Part shown: positions 7,199-12,023 of the stretch, one piece after another
Layout of the letters: the number at the start of each line of letters is the position of its first letter
Numbering within the stretch: the first letter of the stretch is position 1
DNA from: a virus
Virus genome (UHGV): UHGV-1573643
Reading direction: 5' to 3' (one strand)
DNA: 12,023 nucleotides
Notes under the pieces: generated by a model
Database searches by the model: none
The model's input: the letters and a program-made list of their open reading frames with translations, nothing else
What the model was told of the DNA's origin: nothing
Program-made: the position numbers and the translations under genes

Positions 7199-7233
7199 AC
7201 TATATATTTATATAATTATAGAAATATATATTA
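7199..7233 (-). promoter_or_regulatory. AT-rich palindromic motif, copy B
   Basis: Minus-strand reading TAATATATATTTCTATAATTATATAAATATATAGT shares the 14 bp core CTATAATTATATAA with copy A; directly 3' of the Rz1 stop and upstream of the palindrome and tRNA. Confidence 0.45.
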
Positions 7234-7440
7234 CTTGGGGCAGTTGATTTCCCATGCCCTGTTATGAGCCAGAATATCTTTCTTTGTCTGGCGGTCCATA
7301 ACATCGATATCGTGATCAGTCAGGTAGATGGGCTTTACCCAATCACAGGCGGTATCAACCACCACCGGGACGCTTCCACGACTCCCGCAGCTCGCGATCA
7401 ACATCGTCATCAGCCATATGGTTAACACTCTGCTGTACAT
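7231..7440 (-). CDS. o-spanin (Rz1-like outer-membrane lipoprotein), nested in and extending past the i-spanin gene
   Basis: Signal peptide with lipobox MYSRVLTIWLMTMLIASC; reading frame embedded in the 3' part of the i-spanin gene and extending 124 nt beyond it, the overlapped spanin architecture. Confidence 0.6.
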   Translation of the reverse strand: MYSRVLTIWLMTMLIASCGSRGSVPVVVDTACDWVKPIYLTDHDIDVMDRQTKKDILAHNRAWEINCPK

Positions 7441-7633
7441 TCCCCACCTCTTTTGTCACTTCTATACGCCGCTCCGCAGTGGCTTTTACGGCGGCTGCAT
7501 TCTCATTAATGCGCTGCTTTTCAGCTTCATCTTCGGCCTTTTCTCGCCCCTTCATACGACCAAAACCAAATGCGCCGAATGCAACCAATATAATGGTGCC
7601 GATAAATGACAAAACGGCTTTCAAACCAGTCAT
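7355..7633 (-). CDS. i-spanin (Rz-like, 92 aa)
   Basis: N-terminal TM segment AVLSFIGTIILVAFGAFGF followed by a charged periplasmic segment; ATG overlaps the endolysin stop (ATGA at 7633..7630). Confidence 0.65.
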   Translation of the reverse strand: MTGLKAVLSFIGTIILVAFGAFGFGRMKGREKAEDEAEKQRINENAAAVKATAERRIEVTKEVGNVQQSVNHMADDDVDRELRESWKRPGGG

Positions 7634-8172
7634 ACCACCACTCGCTCTTTCATCCAGCCATAGACAAACGACTCATTTGCTTCGCGTTTCTCTGCCAGGT
7701 CCAGATAACGGTCGCCCTGCGTACAGTTCAGGGCCGTCAGCATTACCCGTTCGCCGTCTTTTCCCCGATTCCCAAGATAAGCACGTAATGCCGCAATGGT
7801 GCGCGGGCCGATTCGCCCATCCACATCCATATCTGGATACAACTTCCCGCCACGGTTGAAAACATTCAACCAACGTTGAAGCATCTTCGTCGCCACAGTC
7901 GGCCCCATGTTGACGCCCGTATCGCACATCTCCGCCGCAATATCAGGGGAAAATTGCGCCACTTGGTCAAAACGAGGTCCATACCAATAATCACCTTCAA
8001 GAATCATCAGTGCCTGTTCGCGGGTTAAATCGCGCATATCGCCACGGTATCCATGAGCACGGGCAGTGTTCTGAGTAATGCCCCACATTGTTGGGCCTCC
8101 CTTGTCGTCAGGGTGATCCACATAGCCGCCCTCTTTTCCAAGAATGCTGTTAAAAATCTCATCTTTGGTCAT
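7630..8172 (-). CDS. endolysin, GH108-type N-terminal domain with C-terminal peptidoglycan-binding domain (180 aa)
   Basis: N-terminal ILGKEGGYVDHPDDKGGPTMWGIT matches the GH108 signature (EGGYV.DP.D.GG.T..GIT) as I recall it; position between membrane proteins and spanins. Confidence 0.8.
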   Translation of the reverse strand: MTKDEIFNSILGKEGGYVDHPDDKGGPTMWGITQNTARAHGYRGDMRDLTREQALMILEGDYWYGPRFDQVAQFSPDIAAEMCDTGVNMGPTVATKMLQRWLNVFNRGGKLYPDMDVDGRIGPRTIAALRAYLGNRGKDGERVMLTALNCTQGDRYLDLAEKREANESFVYGWMKERVVV

Positions 8173-8455
8173 GATTAAACCCTAATGCGTCAACTATCCG
8201 CGCCAGATTGCCCCTGAAATACAGAACAACGATGCAGATAATCAGATTTCCAATAACCACCAGCCAGTGGGATTCTTGATAAAGACCGAACACATAACGG
8301 AAGGGAACATTGGCGTATACAATGACGTAGATATAAGCCAGAAAGGAAACAAATGGACGATGCCTGGAGTCTTTCCGTCGATAAAGCATCAGCGCCATTA
8401 CTATTACTGTGCAAAGCACCGCATTAATCAGTGCTGACGGGTCACTGCTTACCAT
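8159..8455 (-). CDS. holin-like small membrane protein (about 98 aa, three predicted TM segments)
   Basis: Three hydrophobic segments; preferred start ATG 8455..8453 with GGAGG 8 nt upstream (ORF-track start at 8491 is TTG and lacks SD); overlaps upstream gene stop and endolysin start by about 14 nt each. Confidence 0.55.
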   Translation of the reverse strand: MVSSDPSALINAVLCTVIVMALMLYRRKDSRHRPFVSFLAYIYVIVYANVPFRYVFGLYQESHWLVVIGNLIICIVVLYFRGNLARIVDALGFNHDQR

Positions 8456-8837
8456 TTGAACCCCCTCCACGTAAGCGGGAAAGCATTCCAAAGATGCTAC
8501 CGAGATCCTGGCTGTTTACGAACGTGAGGATTTTAATGGTCAATGCAGCCACAATAACCGCACCAAGCGCATCCAGAGGACGATCGTTGTAGCTGGTCCA
8601 TTTGGCAAGAAATGAGCCAACTAACGGCGCTCCAATCACTCCAACAATGAACGATGTAAAGAAATAGCCAATCAGCTTGAGACGGCTAATATTCACCGCT
8701 GTAGCAACATAGAAAACAGCGCCAGCAAATGCCCCGAATACAACGCCGTAATCAATACCAGTTGCAATACCAAAAACGCTGGCACCCATCAGGCCACCAG
8801 CAGCAACGGCCGTACCGGAAATTGGTTCTGCTGACAT
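8442..8837 (-). CDS. holin-like membrane protein (131 aa, Gly/Ala-rich TM segments)
   Basis: ORF-track ORF; multiple hydrophobic segments; first gene after the tR'-like terminator; ATG at 8837. Confidence 0.65.
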   Translation of the reverse strand: MSAEPISGTAVAAGGLMGASVFGIATGIDYGVVFGAFAGAVFYVATAVNISRLKLIGYFFTSFIVGVIGAPLVGSFLAKWTSYNDRPLDALGAVIVAALTIKILTFVNSQDLGSIFGMLSRLRGGGSNGKQ

Positions 8838-8850
8838 TGAAATCCTCGTT

Positions 8851-8881
8851 AAAAAAAAAGCCCCGCCGAAAAAGGCAGGGC
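8851..8881 (-). terminator. tR'-like rho-independent terminator directly upstream of the lysis genes
   Basis: 8 bp stem 8860-8867/8874-8881 (G-U wobble in minus-strand RNA), loop GAAAAA, followed on the minus strand by nine U (complement of A-run 8851-8859); only about 13 nt separate the U-tract from the holin ATG. Confidence 0.7.
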
Positions 8882-9027
8882 TTCATAAAGCAACAAATTA
8901 CGCGGTAATCGCTTAACGCAGTTTTACTACGTTAAATGAAACACTACACCCAGTTACCACCTAAAACAAGGTTTTCCCATAAAAAAACCTTCATATCGTG
9001 GTTAATCGATCAATAAAAAAGCAATGT

Positions 9028-9207
9028 TCAACTTTTTACCAACCGAACATCCCAACCAGGACTTCCATAATATTCGCCGATATGCCACTGCTTAAGTTGA
9101 GTAATCTTCTCCAACTTAACTCCCATAGAGTCCAGTTTCTGCCATGTTTTCGGTTGTATGTGCTTCATTACCCGCTCTGAATATCTGAATACTGCTCGTA
9201 AGCGCAT
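9028..9207 (-). CDS. hypothetical small protein (59 aa) in the late leader region
   Basis: Hand translation MRLRAVFRYSERVMKHIQPKTWQKLDSMGVKLEKITQLKQWHIGEYYGSPGWDVRLVKS, ATG 9207..9205 to TGA 9030..9028; weak SD (GAGA). Below the ORF-track cutoff. Confidence 0.35.
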   Translation of the reverse strand: MRLRAVFRYSERVMKHIQPKTWQKLDSMGVKLEKITQLKQWHIGEYYGSPGWDVRLVKS

Positions 9208-9231
9208 GGTTTCTCACTACAGCTTATATAA

Positions 9232-9281
9232 GTGGTTTTTCCAGCGGTTTTGCGCCGCGCTGGGCTTTTTGCAAAAACCAC
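9232..9281 (-). other. nested stem-loop element in the 178 bp gap upstream of the leader ORF
   Basis: Outer stem GTGGTTTTT (9232-9240)/AAAAACCAC (9273-9281) enclosing inner stem CCAGCG (9241-9246)/CGCTGG (9258-9263); on the plus strand the inner stem is followed by GCTTTTTGC. Confidence 0.4.
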
Positions 9282-9385
9282 AATCCATCATCCCGTAATA
9301 TTTCATCAACCCCATCCGTCGGTTGCTGAGTCTCACCCACTGCCAGACGCTAGGGGCGTTTCTACGAACTAACAGAATCTTTGCT

Positions 9386-9997
9386 TTACGGTTTTTCATC
9401 GTTTTGCTCTCCTGCGTCTCCTTTGGTGCGAATTCCAGCGGCGCGCTCGGCTTCACTTTGTTCCCAAAACCACTTGTGAAGCTCCATGAGCTTTTCGTCA
9501 ATCGGTGCATATTTGCGATTAAAGTAGGCCTGAGCATCTTTCTCAGATTCGTCCGGCAATTCGCCTGGACCAAACAGTGTGTTATAAATCCATGCCAGTC
9601 CGCTTTTAGCGTCGCCAGTCGATTGCCATTCGATAATGGCAGCCTGCATGACCAGAATGTTTTTCCCGATTAATAGGTCCAGTTCTTTGTACCTGTTGCG
9701 GATGTATGCATTCTCGCTTTGTAATTTTGCGTTGCGCTTCTCTGCGGCTTCCAGCTCAACACGCAGCTTCCCTACCGTTAGCGCAATTTCCTCGTTCTCC
9801 TGGTCACGGCGTTTTATGTATTGCTGGTTTCTTTCCCGTTCATCCAGAAGCCCCAGCACAATGTGTGGCGTTATCAAGGACTCAAATTCGGCAACAGCTT
9901 GCTCGCCTCGCTTGTAATTCTTAATCCCACCTAAATCTTTCGCGTTCTGTGCCGCCTCACGCAGTGCCTGATAGTTAATTGCTGTGCTGTTAGTCAT
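9386..9997 (-). CDS. hypothetical coiled-coil protein (203 aa); possibly Ead/Ea22-like
   Basis: ATG 9997..9995 with GGAGG upstream, overlapping the upstream stop by 8 nt; charged heptad-like middle region (LRVELEAAEKRNAKLQSENAYIRNRYKELDLL); no cysteines. Family assignment is a weak recollection. Confidence 0.65.
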   Translation of the reverse strand: MTNSTAINYQALREAAQNAKDLGGIKNYKRGEQAVAEFESLITPHIVLGLLDERERNQQYIKRRDQENEEIALTVGKLRVELEAAEKRNAKLQSENAYIRNRYKELDLLIGKNILVMQAAIIEWQSTGDAKSGLAWIYNTLFGPGELPDESEKDAQAYFNRKYAPIDEKLMELHKWFWEQSEAERAAGIRTKGDAGEQNDEKP

Positions 9998-10334
9998 TCC
10001 AGGCCTCCAGCTCGTTCTGAATCTCCTCGTCAACCTCGTCATTGGTGGCGTCTTCGTTCAGATGGTCGCGCGCCTCTTTGAGATACTGTTCACGGCGTTC
10101 GTGGTACCAGGCAGAGAACTCCGGCGACCATCCTCGATTAGCCCCCTGAAAATCTACCATCGCATTATCCTCAGCCATACGCTCGACCATGCAATCCGCG
10201 GTGGTCAGTGCAACCTCACGGATGTACCCCCGCAGGTCACGCTTACGCCAATACGGGCTATATTTTGAGTCGCAGCGACCTTTAAATTCGACGGTCCAGC
10301 GACGGATGCAGCGTGCGTTAAGTGATTTGCTCAT
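9990..10334 (-). CDS. hypothetical protein (114 aa)
   Basis: ORF-track ORF; ATG at 10334 with AGGAAG upstream; 3 nt after the upstream stop. Confidence 0.65.
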   Translation of the reverse strand: MSKSLNARCIRRWTVEFKGRCDSKYSPYWRKRDLRGYIREVALTTADCMVERMAEDNAMVDFQGANRGWSPEFSAWYHERREQYLKEARDHLNEDATNDEVDEEIQNELEAWND

Positions 10335-10336
10335 AG

Positions 10337-11020
10337 TTATGCTTCCTGAATACGCTTAAACTCAATTACCCATACCCACGGGTTAGATAGCCAGTTCTCT
10401 TGCCCGTAAATACCGCGCCAGATATCACCAAAGCCAACGCGATAAACAGCTTCAGGTGGCGTAATCTTGTACGTCGCCGGAGTTGCGCCTTCTGCTTTAG
10501 CATCTGCCTCGCTCATGTCATGCAGCCGCTCCACACGCACGTCGGTAATTTCCAGCAAAATACGCGAAGCCCAGCGCGGCATGTGAATTGATGGACACCA
10601 CCCGCCATCAAACTTTTCATTCACAGTGTGAGGCTTCCAGTCGGCATCATCGGGTATCGACCATAAGCCATAATCCCCCGGTTTTTGCTCACAACTGGCC
10701 CGATAAATCCTTGCTGCGTTCTTCTCATCGCCACGACAAAGGTTGTCGTTCCAGTCCACACTGCAACCATCCTCATTGCCTAATATCGCCCACGCTTCAC
10801 GGACCCATATGCGATCACCAACGTTACCGAACGGGCATAAACCATGTTCAGGTGCATCCATAACGTGGGTATAGACACCATTGCGTTTCTTTGTCGGTTT
10901 ACGGATAACCAGGCAGTTATCGGCCCTGACATTTTTTACAGGTCGGCGAGTCTGCGTCTTCCTTCCTTCGAGGATGGCCCTAACCATATCGTCATTAAAA
11001 ACAACACCACGTTCTTTCAT
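10337..11020 (-). CDS. ASCH/PUA-like domain protein (227 aa)
   Basis: N-terminal MVRAILEGRKTQTRR matches the G.KT.E/T.R signature I associate with ASCH-type beta-barrel domains; ATG overlaps the upstream stop (ATGA). Confidence 0.65.
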   Translation of the reverse strand: MKERGVVFNDDMVRAILEGRKTQTRRPVKNVRADNCLVIRKPTKKRNGVYTHVMDAPEHGLCPFGNVGDRIWVREAWAILGNEDGCSVDWNDNLCRGDEKNAARIYRASCEQKPGDYGLWSIPDDADWKPHTVNEKFDGGWCPSIHMPRWASRILLEITDVRVERLHDMSEADAKAEGATPATYKITPPEAVYRVGFGDIWRGIYGQENWLSNPWVWVIEFKRIQEA

Positions 11021-11175
11021 TTAGAAGCCACCTTGTTCAATTTCCGGCGACAAGACACGCAATCATCAGGACTCTCAAAAGTGTCTGGCTCACGGTAATC
11101 ACCAAAATACATCCAACGGCCGCAAATGCTGGTCACTTCACCTTCATTAAAATAATGATGTTTATTCGCCTTCAT
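11017..11175 (-). CDS. hypothetical small Cys-containing protein (about 52 aa)
   Basis: MKANKHHYFNEGEVTSICGRWMYFGDYREPDTFESPDDCVSCRRKLNKVASK with C-x17-C-x2-C; start chosen at ATG 11175 to avoid out-of-frame overlap with the upstream gene; SD weak. Confidence 0.4.
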   Translation of the reverse strand: MKANKHHYFNEGEVTSICGRWMYFGDYREPDTFESPDDCVSCRRKLNKVASK

Positions 11176-11204
11176 TGGCCTGACCCATCCGGCATTTTTC
11201 TTGC

Positions 11205-11570
11205 TCACTTCAACTCCTCCCGACGACGTTCCTGAAGCTCTAGCATTGCGGCTCGGAAATCCTGCCACCATTCTTCATCGGCTACTGGGGTGTTCCGCTC
11301 CAGCACCTTGTCCGCATCGGCGATCAGGTTTGCCAGACTCTTGTCTGAAATCTTCGTTACCGGAGTCGTTGGTTGCTCAACCTGCCCGATAGGTTTTATC
11401 GTGCTCAAAAGGAGGCGACGGCGGGAAAGTGGTGCCCCACAACGACGGCCATCTTCCTTGCGATATGTTTCTTTCGGACCAACACACCAGGTTGTCGGCG
11501 TCTCGCGCAACTTCACTTTTTTCTCACCATCATTGGTAATGATTATTCCGGTATGTGTTTTGATGCTCAT
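11205..11570 (-). CDS. hypothetical protein (121 aa)
   Basis: ORF-track ORF; ATG overlaps the stop of the winged-helix gene (ATGA at 11570..11567). Confidence 0.65.
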   Translation of the reverse strand: MSIKTHTGIIITNDGEKKVKLRETPTTWCVGPKETYRKEDGRRCGAPLSRRRLLLSTIKPIGQVEQPTTPVTKISDKSLANLIADADKVLERNTPVADEEWWQDFRAAMLELQERRREELK

Positions 11571-11848
11571 GCCACAGCCCCTCTCAACGGCTTAACTTTG
11601 GCTAATAAGGTGTTAAACAACATGGAGTTAGGATTCATGCCAAATGGCAATTCCGGTTTAGCGGAGTAGTACAGGCAACCATTTATTTTCCTGGTTGTTA
11701 TCTGTCCTTCGGCAACCATGCTTCTCAGTCTGCAACGCATAGAGTTCTGCGACACACCAATGTGCTCCGCGATTACGTCCACTTTTGAACATGGGTGATC
11801 GGTCAGGAAATTAATCACATCTTGGGGGTTAATAATTTTGCGTTTCAT
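11567..11848 (-). CDS. putative winged-helix DNA-binding protein (93 aa), first gene of the operon
   Basis: Helix-turn-helix-like segment KVDVIAEHIGVSQNSMRCRLRSMVAEGQI; ATG 11848 with AAGGA 10 nt upstream (the ORF-track start at 11869 lies inside motif copy C and lacks an SD). Confidence 0.65.
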   Translation of the reverse strand: MKRKIINPQDVINFLTDHPCSKVDVIAEHIGVSQNSMRCRLRSMVAEGQITTRKINGCLYYSAKPELPFGMNPNSMLFNTLLAKVKPLRGAVA

Positions 11849-11867
11849 TGTCGAGGCATCCTTATAC

Positions 11868-11893
11868 ATTTATATAAATATATAATTCTATAT
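11868..11893 (-). promoter_or_regulatory. AT-rich palindromic motif, copy C (candidate promoter of the regulatory operon)
   Basis: ATTTATATAAATATATAATTCTATAT; equals copy A minus the 9 bp CTATAATTA; ends about 20 nt upstream of the 11848 ATG. Confidence 0.45.
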
Positions 11894-11916
11894 ACGGCGG
11901 GAGACGTCCCGCCGTA
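11893..11916 (-). other. perfect 10 bp hairpin (possible terminator of upstream gene or operator)
   Basis: TACGGCGGGA-GACG-TCCCGCCGTA; on the minus strand it is followed by the A/U-rich motif copy C, not a clean U-tract. Confidence 0.45.
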
Positions 11917-11948
11917 GGCTTACTGTCAGGCTTTCAATAGCGATTCTT

Positions 11949-12023
11949 TTAGATATCGGGCATCAGCCAGGGCGTTTGGAGTAATCTTGCGAACCCATGC
12001 ATTACGGGTTGGACTCCACTTAA
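11949..12023 (-). CDS. 3' end of an upstream gene (partial; 24 codons in window)
   Basis: Open minus-strand frame from the window edge to TAA at 11951..11949 (...LSGVQPVMHGFARLLQTPWLMPDI*). Too short to assess. Confidence 0.3.
   Translation of the reverse strand, partial: LSGVQPVMHGFARLLQTPWLMPDI

Noticed and set aside
7355-7859. Plus-strand ORFs 7328-7609, 7479-7859 and 7606-7788 across the spanin/endolysin region
   Set aside because: Antisense to the endolysin and spanin genes, which have clear family signatures and coupled starts.
8998-9180. 60 aa plus-strand ORF in the late leader
   Set aside because: Opposite strand to every supported gene and overlapping the hand-called 59 aa minus-strand ORF; no SD.
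9217-9573. 118 aa minus-strand ORF
   Set aside because: Its 5' two thirds overlap the 203 aa gene out of frame and its 3' third is the GC-rich nested hairpin region; more likely structured non-coding leader than protein.
11176-11271. N-terminal extension of the small Cys protein (ORF-track version 11017-11271)
   Set aside because: The extra 32 codons overlap the 3' end of the 121 aa gene in another frame and encode low-complexity sequence; the internal ATG at 11175 is the more economical start, though neither has a strong SD.
1-12023. CRISPR arrays, insertion sequences, integrase or attachment sites
   Set aside because: No regularly spaced direct repeats, no terminal inverted repeats flanking a transposase-like ORF, and no tyrosine/serine recombinase-like protein were found; the window appears to lie wholly inside the prophage.

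Overview
This 12 kb window reads as the late/accessory region of a tailed-phage prophage in an enterobacterial host (E. coli/Salmonella-like; the embedded tRNA resembles E. coli ileX from memory). Every credible gene is on the minus strand, so the phage is transcribed from high to low coordinates. In that order: (1) a translationally coupled operon of small regulatory and unknown proteins (11848 to 9386), including a winged-helix protein and an ASCH/PUA-like protein; (2) a structured leader ending in a tR'-like intrinsic terminator directly upstream of (3) a lysis cassette with two overlapping membrane proteins, a GH108-type endolysin and nested i-/o-spanins; (4) a tRNA with CAU anticodon preceded by a long imperfect palindrome; (5) an MT-A70 (DPPW) adenine methyltransferase; (6) two small accessory cassettes delimited by intrinsic terminators, one a TGATG-overlapping gene pair, the other a four-gene unit with two tiny membrane proteins and a visibly AT-rich moron; (7) a module with three ParB/Srx-like N-terminal domains, one fused to a class I SAM-methyltransferase fold, plus a second stand-alone paralog after a 550 bp AT-rich spacer. 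Three copies of an AT-rich palindromic motif (core CTATAATTATATAA / TATATAATTCTAT) sit at operon starts. No integrase, transposase, rRNA or CRISPR array was seen. Protein family calls are from motifs recognised by eye, not from searches; coordinates of CDS starts were chosen from SD spacing and stop/start overlaps.
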